A model generated the notes under the pieces. The model saw nothing but the letters and a program-made list of their open reading frames with translations, had not been told where the DNA came from and made no database searches. A stretch of DNA of 63,587 nucleotides, the filler included, from Octopus bimaculoides (lineage: Eukaryota): assembly GCF_001194135.2 (NCBI RefSeq). It is 4 parts of 4 records of this genome, joined end to end, with 100 filler letters (N's around TTAATTAATTAA, not from the genome) between each part and the next. Parts side by side here need not be neighbours in the genome. Positions count along the whole stretch, not along the records: positions 21,483 to 46,127 come from NC_069002.1; positions 46,228 to 62,051 come from NC_069007.1; 2 more parts are not named here. One strand, given 5' to 3'. The position numbers and the translations under genes are program-made. Shown piece by piece: positions 39,600 to 51,499 of the stretch (position 1 is the stretch's first letter; each line of letters starts with the position of its first letter).

Positions 39600-39840
39600 A
39601 CTTTCTCGAATCAATCCAACTCATAAGGCCCAGTTTCCCGGTTTCCAAGGCGTATATTTTCCTCACCAGGACGGGATGCCAGTCTGTCGCAGGATTATCC
39701 ACTTTTGCCAGCTGAATGGACTGGAGCAACGTGAAATGAAACGTTTTGTTCAAGAAGACAACGCGTCGCCCGGTCCAGGAATCGAAACCACAATCTTTAC
39801 GATCACGAGTCTAACCACTAAGCCATGCGTTTCCACTTGA
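39600..39840 (-). mobile_element. tRNA-headed SINE (family also at 6270-6510, 48795-49020, 61565-61760)
   Basis: gcatggcttagtggttaga...ggtttcgattcc...ttcacgttgctccagtccattcagctgg on -. Confidence 0.8.
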
Positions 39841-40210
39841 AGAGATGTATATGGATCTATAAACACACACACACACACACACATGATAATCCACACATGT
39901 TAAATTCGATGTTTCATTTTGCAACCATAGTATATTACCAAGTTGTGCCTTCCTTCTGTGTTAGCAGTGCGATGTTCTCATCTTTAAGTTTATCTCAACA
40001 AATTTTCTATAGCATTCAGAGCCAGTTTTACACAGTACGATCGAAGATAGAAAAATAGGTAAGATATACGGGCATAACACACACATTTTTTATAATATAT
40101 ACGTCTATAATATACACACAATAAATACATAATACATGGTGACATACATAATGTACATAATTGCCTCTTTAATACACACGCGCGCGCACACACGCACATA
40201 TTTATATTGA

Positions 40211-40455
40211 TAATAATAAAGAGTATGGAGACTTGTACATCCACAAAATTTATTTTATAGTTGTATACAGCATATTATGATAACTTACACGTGTTTCCCA
40301 TGCAGCGACTACTCACCGTTGCAAATTCAATCTTGCAATATTATCGGTGCAGCTTCATCAGGGCCCGTCCATTTGGTCATCCTCGAAGTTATAAGCTGCA
40401 TATAAATATAAAATAAATTTTGTGGATGTACAAGTATCCATACTCTTTATTATTA
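40211..40455. mobile_element. MITE-like element with 49-bp terminal inverted repeats (1 mismatch)
   Basis: taataataaagagtatggagacttgtacatccacaaaatttattttata (40211-40259) vs rc of 40407-40455. Confidence 0.8.
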
Positions 40456-41254
40456 ACTTAGCGTTTCGACAAAAGCGAGAGATAGTATAATACCAGGCTT
40501 AGGGAAAAAATGTAAGTTGTGGGGCCGATTTGTTCTGCAAAACCCTTCAAGGCGTGGCTGCGGTCTGATGGTTGAAGCAAGTTAAAAAAGATAGAGAAAG
40601 TGAGAGAGATGTAAATCTAAAGGAGAGTTGATAGACAGATAGATGTAGGGGTGTATTATATATATAGGTAGAGAGAGAGAGAGAATGAGATACAGAAAGA
40701 GAGGAACAGAAAGAGACAGACAGACAAAGAGACAGACAGACAAAGAAACAGAGAAAGACAGAGTGGGATGGGGAAGGAGAAAGAGAGAGAGAATGAGAGA
40801 TTCGTATCAGTTTGTACGATAATAAAAGATGTTTAGAAAGAGAAGTTTGGCACAGATGTTCTTCACATGTATACAAACTATGGTATACATGAAGGACTTC
40901 TAACTGTTGTATAAATATATATTGTATAAATATATATATATAGTATAAATATAGTATAAATATGTATAGAGCTGTTGGCTAATAACTTTGCTATTGTTGT
41001 TGTTATAACTGTTATCTGGTTTACTGTCATTCTAAGCATCACCTGCAGAAGTACAGCATAGGCTGCGGCAGACGACTCACATACATATGTACACGCATTT
41101 CGGTTCACAGAGATATAGAAACACGTACGTGCGTGTGAGTTTTTCATTGTGCGAATATGTGCATCATCAACGCATACACAAAGACTTACAACCACACGTA
41201 TGTACAGGTTCATCATACATACTGTTACATGCATGCTAAAGCGAATATTATATA

Positions 41255-41327
<73 letters not shown>

Positions 41328-41357
41328 TATGTGTGTGCATCTGTGTGTGTGTGTGTA

Positions 41358-41380
41358 CAGTAATCCCTCGACTATCGCCG
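41358..41380 (+). mobile_element. pogo/Tigger-like TIR stub
   Basis: TA|CAGTAATCCCTCGACTATCGC; no partner found. Confidence 0.5.
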
Positions 41381-41389
41381 GTGCCTGGA

Positions 41390-43250
41390 AGCGACTGAGC
41401 AGGTTTCTGGGGCTATTACTCCTCCTCTCCTATCAGGTAGCCCATCCTACCCAGGCGTGCGTCCAAGATGGCGTTCCAGTCACTCACTAAAATTAAAGAG
41501 CGTGACGTCCCAAGGAAAACCTTCAAACGTCTGAAGAAATTCGGCTGCTCCACTCCCGTAGGGGCGTAAACACCGCCTAGTCTAAAGCCACCACCTTCAC
41601 TGTCGCTCACGTCCAAGACCAACAACTTACCTTCCGGGTCCAAGACGTTCGTCCGAACTTCGAGATCCAGGGCTTTTCTAAACAGCACTGCTATCCCGCC
41701 ACCCATTCTGGGCTGACTAAGAGATGCATAGATCTCATAATCGTCGAAAATGGGTACAAGATCGCGTGTGTCGGAAATCTTGGTCTCACTGGCTGCTATC
41801 ACATTAAAACCTACAGATCTGAAGTTACTGAGCATGCGACCTTGCGTCCGGAGTGACCTCAACATCTATGCATCCCACTCTGACAATCGCCATGACGGCT
41901 CGAAAGGGTTGGGAAATGAAAAAAAGCGGAGTTACTTACCCTGCGGGAACTGTTGGTAGTCCGGTGATCCGGGATCTGGATCTGGTTCTTCTAGGAGAAC
42001 CGGCTAAAAGCTTCTTCGTGGTACGGACGTTTGGCCTTCTCACGTCATGCGGGAAGTCCCTCTGAACTTCTTTGTGTACTTTGAAGGGTAACCGTATTAA
42101 CATTAAATGATCCGGAACCCTAAGGGTGCTGGTGTCATAAATTGCAACCTCTCTCGCAATTTGCTTGTTTTTGACTATGCAAGCCAACAAACTTTTGTTG
42201 GCACTCCCAACGTGCACAGAATTTAGTGTTTCGATACTGGTGATTGTTAGCTTTCTGAGGTGGGGGCTACATGTGGTTGTGAGTGCATTGGTGGATTTGG
42301 TTAGGGTGGTGGTGGTTGTGGGGGTGGTGTGTCTATGCTCGATGTGCTGGGGGTTTCGTGTTTTCGGGTGTTGATGGAGGTTCTTTTGTTTTCTGCTTCC
42401 TTTGCCTTTTTCGTTTTTTTTACTTTGTAGGGTTCTTCGTCGTTTTAACTACGGGATGTGTAGTCGCTAGTGTCTGTATGTTCTGTCTCGGGGAGTGCGG
42501 GTGTGTCTGTGATAGTGTGAATGTGCTTGTGTGAGAGTATACTTGAGAGAGGGAGAGTGAGGAGGGTGATAGTTTGACAGGTACCCTAGGAGGTTTTCTC
42601 CATTGTATGTGGTTCACATGCCTCTGTTGTTGTTGTTGGAGGTGAGGTTGCAGTTCTATTAAAAGATCTCTTTTGTTGGGGGTGCGCTGTAAGTTGCAGG
42701 TGTGACGTACCTCCCGACTTTTGAGGGAAGAGAGCTTTCAGATGGCTTGTGACCTCCACATGTGGCACCCCGTTGGGCAGCTGGATCAGGTCCGGGATCT
42801 TCCCGATATTTCTGGTTTCACATGGATTAATATCTCCAAATTGATCCCGCACCAGTCTCCCTGCTGCTCCTTTTTACCCCCATGAGTGCCTCTGGGTCCT
42901 ACACCGCACAGGCAACGATCAACCAGACGTTTACACGTAATGGCATACCGTTTACCCTAATTCTCGTCGTTCACTTCGAGAGGCTGGTGGGTACAGGATC
43001 CACTCCTCAGTCCACCGGGGTGACACTGCGTGTCTTCGCGCGAGGTCCTCACTTTTAAAGAGAAGCGCAATGCTGGCAAACTGCTTCCCTCTGTGTCTGT
43101 GAGCATCTATTGAGATTTCGCTGAGGGCCTTCTCGACGTGACTGATGGAAGCTATTTCGGATCTCCTACTTTTCCGTGATACGCATTTAAAATAGTCTTT
43201 CTTTGTTTTTCGAGGGGTGGGGGGGAGTTACGAGCACTGATGCCTTACAC
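41390..43250 (-). mobile_element. Tx1/L1-clade LINE, 3'-truncated: ORF1 remnant and AP-endonuclease start of ORF2
   Basis: 41416-41865 encodes NVIAASET...GGGIAVL...LVLDV...FRLGGVYAP...LILVSDWNAIL (APE motifs); upstream 42586-42852 has a degenerate zinc knuckle (GGTSHLQL). Confidence 0.85.
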
Positions 43251-43257
43251 TTAACAA

Positions 43258-43446
43258 CTTTATTATTATTATTATTATTGTTCAGTAGTTTTATTTTTAT
43301 AACGTGCTTTCACTTCACTACCGAGCGCAGCTCTGTGCGCCTTGGGTATGTGCTGTGGTTTGCTGTGGTCCTCTTATGTTTACTGTATTGAAAGTGTTTT
43401 GCGTAGAATGTGTGCAGTACCCAGTAGTGCAATTTTCTGTATGTTA

Positions 43447-43460
<14 letters not shown>
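43258..43460 (-). mobile_element. R4/Dong-type 3' end between (ATT)n tracts
   Basis: YNIQKIALLGTAHILRKTLSIQ* on -; homologous to 54255-54439. Confidence 0.85.
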
Positions 43461-43519
<59 letters not shown>

Positions 43520-43528
<9 letters not shown>

Positions 43529-43684
43529 TCTATCTATTTATTTGTTATATCTTTCTCTGTTTTCTTCCTCTGTTTAGACGAACGTTTCTACCTTTTCGGA
43601 CAAAACCTTTTGTAACCTTCGTCCTGTCTTTGTCCTTACATGTTTTTAATTGATATTAGCCCTTGTGGCCAATAAAACGAATTA

Positions 43685-43767
<83 letters not shown>

Positions 43768-43770
43768 TTT
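43520..43770 (+). mobile_element. LINE-like 3' end (...ttgtggccaataaaa) followed by (ATT)n
   Basis: Poly(A) signal directly before the tract; similar end at 56209-56250. Clade assignment (Tx1-like) is a guess. Confidence 0.45.
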
Positions 43771-45279
43771 ATTTACTAATTTATCATTTCGGGAGGTACG
43801 AGAGGGAGTGTAAACATTTCTTTCTTTGTGCCTGCAACATCAGCAAACCTCTTGTTTTTGTTATTGTTTTTGTTGTTGATGTCGTCGACATTGCTGTTGT
43901 TGTTGTTGTTGTTGTTGCTACTGCTGCTGCTGCTGCTGTTGCTGTTGGTAGTGATGGTGGTGGAGTTGTGGCCACTTCCACCGTTGCCAATCTCCACACC
44001 TACGTCATCGCCTTCAATTGTAATATTTTCTCCACTAAAATCTATTGTATTCTGAATTGCGTTGCTGATGCTACGGATCTATTTCAAAACGGGGGCACCA
44101 GTATTTTCTTAACGAAACACTAACGAAACACTTTGAAACTTGGGACACTGGTAGAATGTGTCATATAAAACATCTTTTACTCTTAGTCTTCTTAACAAAA
44201 AAAAGGAATTCACAAGTTATTCCATGTTAAAGTTGTCGTATTTCTGTAATTTCAACCAATCACTGACGTCTATTCAGCTGAATAGAGTTACTGCTTGGCG
44301 GTCATAAAAATGTTATTCCCTGTGACATATTCCATCCAGTTTAATCGTAATTTATACGCATATATTGTTTATATAATAAATTACGCTGTGCGTATCTATG
44401 TGTGTAACAATTTTNNNNNNNNNNNNNNNNNNNNNNNNNNNNNNNNNNNNNNNNNNNNNNNNNNNNNNNNNNNNNNNNNNNNNNNNNNNNNNNNNNNNNN
44501 NNNNNNNNNNNNNNNNNNNNNNNNNNNNNNNNNNNNNNNNNNNNNNNNNNNNNNNNNNNNNNNNNNNNNNNNNNNNNNNNNNNNNNNNNNNNNNNNNNNN
44601 NNNNNNNNNNNNNNNNNNNNNNNNNNNNNNNNNNNNNNNNNNNNNNNNNNNNNNNNNNNNNNNNNNNNNNNNNNNNNNNNNNNNNNNNNNNNNNNNNNNN
44701 NNNNNNNNNNNNNNNNNNNNNNNNNNNNNNNNNNNNNNNNNNNNNNNNNNNNNNNNNNNNNNNNNNNNNNNNNNNNNNNNNNNNNNNNNNNNNNNNNNNN
44801 NNNNNNNNNNNNNNNNNNNNNNNNNNNNNNNNNNNNNNNNNNNNNNNNNNNNNNNNNNNNNNNNNNNNNNNNNNNNNNNNNNNNNNNNNNNNNNNNNNNN
44901 NNNNNNNNNNNNNNNNNNNNNNNNNNNNNNNNNNNNNNNNNNNNNNNNNNNNNNNNNNNNNNNNNNNNNNNNNNNNNNNNNNNNNNNNNNNNNNNNNNNN
45001 NNNNNNNNNNNNNNNNNNNNNNNNNNNNNNNNNNNNNNNNNNNNNNNNNNNNNNNNNNNNNNNNNNNNNNNNNNNNNNNNNNNNNNNNNNNNNNNNNNNN
45101 NNNNNNNNNNNNNNNNNNNNNNNNNNNNNNNNNNNNNNNNNNNNNNNNNNNNNNNNNNNNNNNNNNNNNNNNNNNNNNNNNNNNNNNNNNNNNNNNNNNN
45201 NNNNNNNNNNNNNNNNNNNNNNNNNNNNNNNNNNNNNNNNNNNNNNNNNNNNNNNNNNNNNNCCGCCACTACCGCAATA

Positions 45280-45331
<52 letters not shown>

Positions 45332-45399
45332 TGGCAGGAGATCAACATATCATCATGAAAGAATGAGAAATGGTTGGTAAATATGGAGATGATGGTGTG

Positions 45400-45597
45400 T
45401 TTGGTGGACTGGCGAAGGTGTGATCCATTATGATTTCATCAATCATGGCCGAAGTATACTGCAGCCAACTGAACCAAATGATGCAGGAACTTACAAAAAA
45501 GAAAAAAGGACTAGATTAGTCAACAAATCCACTCCTATTTTATTGCAAGACAACGCCAGACCACACATTGCAAAAATGACTTTGGCGAAACTGTTGC
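45400..45597 (+). mobile_element. Mariner transposase core fragment
   Basis: VWWTGEGVIHYDF...LVNKSTPILLQDNARPHIAKMT. Confidence 0.88.
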
Positions 45598-46055
45598 TTG
45601 TGGCTGTGTGGATAGGCGCATTCGTGTGGATAGGCGCATTCGTGTGGATAGGCGCATTCGTGGCTGTGTCGTAAGAAGTTTGCTTTCCAGCCACACGGTT
45701 GTAGGTTCAGTCCCACTGCGTGGCAACTTGGGCAAGCATCTTCTAATATAGCCTCGAGCCGATCAAAGCCTTGTGATTGAATTTGGTAGATGGAAACTGA
45801 AAGAAGCCTGTCGTATATATATATATGTACACATCTATGTGTGTGTGTCTTTGTGTCTGTGTTTGTCGACCTATTACCGCTTGACAACTAGTGTTGGTGT
45901 GTTTACGTCTCCGTAACTTAACAAAACACCGATAGACTAAGTACTAAGCTTAAGATTATTTCGTGGGGTCGAATTGTTCGACTAAAACCTTTCATGGTGG
46001 TGCTCCAGTATGGCCACAGTCAAACGACTGAAACAATTAAAAATAAAAGAATGAA
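45598..46055 (+). mobile_element. Full-length CORE-like SINE with internal microsatellite and triplicated 18-bp head
   Basis: 5' half, (TA)/(TG) spacer and 3' half all present; gtgtggataggcgcattc x3 at 45606-45659. Confidence 0.9.
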
Positions 46056-46087
46056 AGAATAAAGAATATATATTTATACACACACAT

Positions 46088-46123
<36 letters not shown>

Positions 46124-46127
46124 TCTT

Positions 46128-46227
46128 NNNNNNNNNNNNNNNNNNNNNNNNNNNNNNNNNNNNNNNNNNNNTTAATTAATTAANNNNNNNNNNNNNNNNN
46201 NNNNNNNNNNNNNNNNNNNNNNNNNNN
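46128..46227. other. Artificial scaffold join
   Basis: 44N-TTAATTAATTAA-44N. Confidence 0.95.
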
Positions 46228-46379
46228 AACACTTGTTGTCTACAAATCACTGTTGGTCATTTTGATAAAGTTCTTGGTGAGCCACGGAGGAGGAGGAGGA
46301 GGGAAAGAGAGAAGGAAGGGTATAGAGAATGTGTCACAAACTTTTGGCGTACGTCAAGGTTCCATTAAGTCTCCAGTGC

Positions 46380-46810
46380 TTTTCTTTGTATATTAAGAAA
46401 TTGCTTGCTGTTACAAGTCATCTTGTGGGGTGAAGGGGGATTAACAGAGGGAAGTTGTGAAAGAGGGAGACCCAGGAAGACATGGGATGAAGTACTGAAG
46501 GCCAATCTCAAAATGCTGAACCTGACAGAGGACCGAGATATGTGGCACATTGCTGTACTCAAGAAGACCAAGGTGCCACGCAAAACACATTGGTGTGGGT
46601 GCTAGTGCCACATGAAAAAGCACTGGTGATGGTGCCACATAAAAGAAACACCCAATACACTCTGAGAAGTGGCTGGCGTTAGGAAAGGCATCCAGTTATA
46701 GAAACCAAGCCAAAACAGGCTATGGAAACCATCAAGTTGTCCAACCAATGCTAGCATGGGAAACAGATTTTAAATGATGAGGATGATGGTGACAACGACG
46801 ACAACGATGA
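46380..46810 (+). mobile_element. RTE-clade LINE 3' end with (GAT)n tail
   Basis: EGSCERGRPRKTWDEVLKANLKMLNLTEDRDMWHIAV, then aggaaaggcatccag...ccaaccaatgctagcatgg...gatgatg. Confidence 0.85.
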
Positions 46811-46999
46811 TGATTCTTTAAATGTTCAGCTTATATTCAATATTTTACTTGCAGGTTGCAAACCTCTGTTGTATCCTAGTATGAGGACCTTTTGAACATC
46901 ATCAGTGGAGACATTCTGTGACAGCACAGATATAAAATTATACAAGTATCCAAACTCACACTCTTTATTTAGACACAAATAACACACAGCCAAACCCAC

Positions 47000-47770
47000 C
47001 ACTGAGCCTTTTCACTGTTAACTTACATCAAATTATCCCTGTCTCTACTAGTAACAAACTTTTCTTATCTCGACTTTTATTGAATGCTCTCTGTCTCAAG
47101 TAACATCAGGTACCTCCTATGGATTTTACACCACCACCAAGTACCTTCAATGTCTTTTGCAGAAGCCACTTTAATGCAGCCATATTTCAGAGAATATGCA
47201 TTATCTGGTCTTCCGACACCATCAGCTTACATACAAAGATCTGACTCTTATACTGCAAAGTTCTACCAACAGTTTGCTATGCTAGAGGGACATCAAAGAG
47301 CATTGTGCAAATAGAAGAAAGTGAGATGTGTTCCAGCAAAGATGATTGAGAAGGATTCTGAGAACAGACAAGGAAGACGACAGAATCAATGGAGACACAG
47401 ACTAAAGAGATCCAACACAAGTCTAATTGGCAAAGTCGTCATGTAATGAAGATTAAAACTAACAGCTAACATACTTCAGTTATGAAGAACAATGATATTC
47501 TAACGCTGCTTTCAAATACACACCACTGATGCTTGAGAAGGATTCTGTGAATGTACTGGCAAGATCACATAACCAATGAAGACATTCTAAAAAGCATGAA
47601 GTGAAATCATCCGAGAATGAAGATTGAAACTAGCACACCATATATTTTGGTACTAAAACAGTGTCATTCTAAAACAGATTTTGGTACTATATTTTGGTCA
47701 TTCTAAAACAGATTTCAAATGGACCCTGTAGGAATGAAGATTTTCTGAAGAGAGCCAACACAACCCATCA
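47000..47770 (+). mobile_element. Old RTE-type RT C-terminal remnants, partly duplicated
   Basis: ISLHTKI, LRRILRT and LRRIL*MYWQDHITNEDIL; the ttgagaaggattctg block occurs at 47346 and 47533. Confidence 0.6.
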
Positions 47771-48210
47771 CTTAACCCATTAGTGCTCCAAATTTTAAAT
47801 TTAATTAATTACCAAAAATCCCTTTTTATACAAGGGGAAAGATTTTTTTTTTGCTTCCTAACCGTGACCTGAGTGAACACAGCAGATGGAAACCAAGAGA
47901 AGCCCGTATATTTATATTTATATTTATGTGCGTGCATCTGTGCTTGTCCCCCTCCCTCCACTACTTGACAACTGGTGTCTGTGTTTATGCCCCCTCAATA
48001 GCGGTTCGGCAAAAGATCCGATAGAATTAAGTACCAGGCTTTATTAGTTATACTAAAATTCAAGACGGCGCTCCAGCATGGTACAAGATAATCCTCATGT
48101 AGAACAAACTCGGAAAAATTTCCTGAGGGGTTATGAGATACGTAAACCAGTATTCCACCCAATTTTCATTTTTGTATTCGAAAAAAATCATCGAAATGCA
48201 AGAAAGCCTA

Positions 48211-48263
<53 letters not shown>

Positions 48264-48386
48264 TTCAATTAGAGGTTAAATTAGCCTCGTTAAGGGACAG
48301 TATCATCCAATGAATTACTGGTTTAATACCTGTATGTGTTGTGAATAATGATATTCATAAAACAATAGGTTTATGTATAAACCATT

Positions 48387-48780
48387 GTTTATAATCATTC
48401 AAAAGGAAAATAAGAAAATGCAAATGTAGCATTTAATAAAAATTTATTATCTGCAAAAATCAGACATAGTCCCTTACAGCTGTTTTAATTAAGCCTAACA
48501 GATTGAATAGCAATTATTAAAATCATTATATTAGGCAAAATCTCCTCATTAAATCTCTTCATTATATTAGGCAGAATCTCCTCATTAAATCTCTTCATTA
48601 TATTAGGCAGAATCTCTTCTGAAGAGATTTTGCCTAATATAATTATTTTAATAATTGCTATTTAATGTATTAGGCTTAATTGAAACAGCTGTAAGGGACT
48701 ATGTTTGATTTTTGCAGATAATAAATTTTATCAAATGTTATATCTCCATTTTCTTACTTTCTTTTGAATGATTATGAACC
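48387..48780. mobile_element. Fold-back/MITE-like palindrome with ~157-bp arms and an internal 36-bp tandem repeat
   Basis: 48387-48544 pairs with 48624-48780 (high identity by eye); the centre holds attatattaggcagaatctcctcattaaatctcttc repeats and a 1-nt-loop palindrome. Confidence 0.9.
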
Positions 48781-48794
48781 AAGATGTGTGTGTG

Positions 48795-49037
48795 TGTGAA
48801 GGTGCATTATGTTGTATTCTTGAGCAAAGCACTTCATTTCACATTGCTCTGCAATCATTTCAACATCTGACAGGTGGCACCCAGTTGCACCTGTACAGAT
48901 AATGTCGATCTGGTGGAGGGAGTGAGCTTATGTCTACACAAACATTTGTTCACTATAAACAAATCATCTGTGTGGTTGTTCAGTAAGAAATTGTTGAACC
49001 CTCATATGTCGTTTAACAAGTGGAGAGTCCATCCATC

Positions 49038-49075
<38 letters not shown>

Positions 49076-49518
49076 GGCAAAGTGGTTGAGCTCTTTTCGA
49101 GTGTTGGGCCTCACGGAGGCAATGACCGAGACCTTTGGCATTATGTCGTGCTTGAGAAGAAGACCCATCAAGCTGAGCAAAATCACAGTCGTGGCAGATT
49201 ACCAGTGTTACACAAATGGCACCCATTACACACTCAAAGTATTTAGTGCTAGGAAGAGCATCCAGCTGTAGAAAGCATGCCAAATCAGACTGGAGTCTGG
49301 TGCAGCCTTCCAGCTTACCAGCCCCAGTCAAGCTGTCCAACCCATGCCAGCATGGACAACAGATGTTAACTAATGATGATGATCATGATATATATATATA
49401 TATATGAAAGGAAGTACTGGATCTTCCCAGAAACAGCTGTAAGACTCTATCCATAAAATACTTCTTCAACCTTACCTTTACTCTCTTTATCTTTTCGTTT
49501 TTATATATTTACATATAT

Positions 49519-49552
<34 letters not shown>

Positions 49553-51260
49553 GTATATATGCATGCATGTGTGTTTGAATCTGTTTTCCACCATCATTTG
49601 ACAACTGGTGTTGGTTTGTTTACATCCCTGAAACTTACATATTCAACAAGAGAGACCAACAGAATAAGTGCCAGACTTAAAGAAATAAATACTTCAAGAT
49701 GGTGCTCCAGCTTGGTCACAGTCCAGTGACTGAAACAAGTAAAAGAATAAAAGAATACATATTCACGTCCACATATGCACATTACTTAAAACACTACACA
49801 GACACACAGACATATATACATAAGCATTGGTGTGGGTGCTGGTACCACGCAAAAAGTACCCAGTTCACGCTGTGGAGTGGATGGCATTAGGAAGGGCATC
49901 CAGCCATAGAAACCAAGCCAAAAACAGACTATGGAACCTGATGTGGTCCCTGGCATTGCCAGCTCCTGTCAAGCTGTCCAACTCATGCCAGCATGGAAAA
50001 CAGACGTTAAACGGTGATGAAGATGATGATGATTTGTGCACGTATATTAATCAAAAGTTCACCTGTCGATTCTCCCCCACCCGTACCCCATTGTTATATA
50101 TTATTTCTTTGTTCAAATTATTCAAACCATTCTGGCTATTCTCATATCTTTTCTGTTTTCTTCCAAAACCTTTCTCAGAATTCCTTCATCACCAAATTTA
50201 AATTTAGTTAAGATAAAATGGTAAAACCATTATCACATAAGCAAATTGGCACCATTCCACTTTGACCTTTCACCAAACCAGATGCCGTATTCTAACATGT
50301 TCTTCTGTTGTCAAAATTAGTTTTTCATTTAGCAAAAAAGAATTGGTTTGATGCCAAAATAAAATTGTAATGTTAAAATATTCATCCTGAAATTTAAGGT
50401 TTGCAAGATTTTCTATTGAGACAAAGAATTTCTATTGGAAACAATTAATCACTAATGAGATAATCTTCTCTGCTGGCAGAACATTTAAAATTGGTAAAAT
50501 ATAGCACCAGCCTATAATAAACAGTCTTTGACTAACCAATGAGAACACTTCTGATTGCCTGACCTGCCTGCTAGAAATAGCATTTCATATGTCAAATAAG
50601 TGCATGTGTTGCTCCAGGGGTTAAGAAGCTTGCTTCTCAACCATGTGGTCTTGAGTTCAAGTTCGACTGTGTGACATCTTGGGCAAGTGTGTTTTACTAT
50701 AGCTTGAAGTGAGTGGGTTTTGTATAGAGAAACTGAACGAAGACAGTTGTGTGCGTGTGTGTGTGTGTGGACAAATGTATGTGTGTGTGAGTTAGGGTAT
50801 ATGTATGTATGTACTCTTGTCTTGAGATCAAATGATGATTGTAAACGAGCATCACTGCCATACATGTGAGGTTGTTCATGTCCAGTCTTCTGTGAAAACC
50901 ATGTCTGGCCATGGGGAAATATCGATATTAACTTGTTTGGAAACAGATGAGAGTTGGTGACAGGAAGGGCATCCAGATGCAGAAAATCTGCCTCAGCAAG
51001 TTCTGAATGACCTATGCAAGCATAGAAAAGTGGACATTATTCATCATCATCATCGTCTAATACCTGTTGTCCATGCAGGCATGGATTGGATAGCTTGACT
51101 GAAAACTGGTAAACTCAGGAGCTGCACCAGGTTCCAACCTGATTTGGCAAGGTTTCTATGGCTGGATGCTCTTCCTGACGCCAACCACTCCAAGAGTGTA
51201 ATAGGTGCCTCTTATGTGCTGCCGGAATGGGTGCCAGTTAAGAAACACTGGTATCAGCCA
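48795..51260. mobile_element. Cluster of SINEs and RTE-type tails in both orientations
   Basis: The aggaagggcatccag...ccaacccatgccagcatgg...gatgatg tail occurs at ~49250-49385 (+), ~49880-50035 (+), ~50950-51040 (+) and ~51045-51260 (-); CORE-like halves at 49570-49760 and 50590-50760. Confidence 0.8.
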
Positions 51261-51499
51261 TGACTATGATCTTACTTGCATAGAACAGCACATCCCATCA
51301 GAGTGACACAGTGATACACATATATGAAGCCCAGCATGCCCATCCTGACTACCTGTCTGATAAGGGTACTTCAGGTATAAGCATCACAACCATATCTGTG
51401 TGTGATATGGTGATCCCATATCAAGATAAACAGTGCATGACTTTGCATGTGGGGCCTAGTTAGAGTTTTCTTCAGGTTGAATAGCCCATCCAACTCAAA

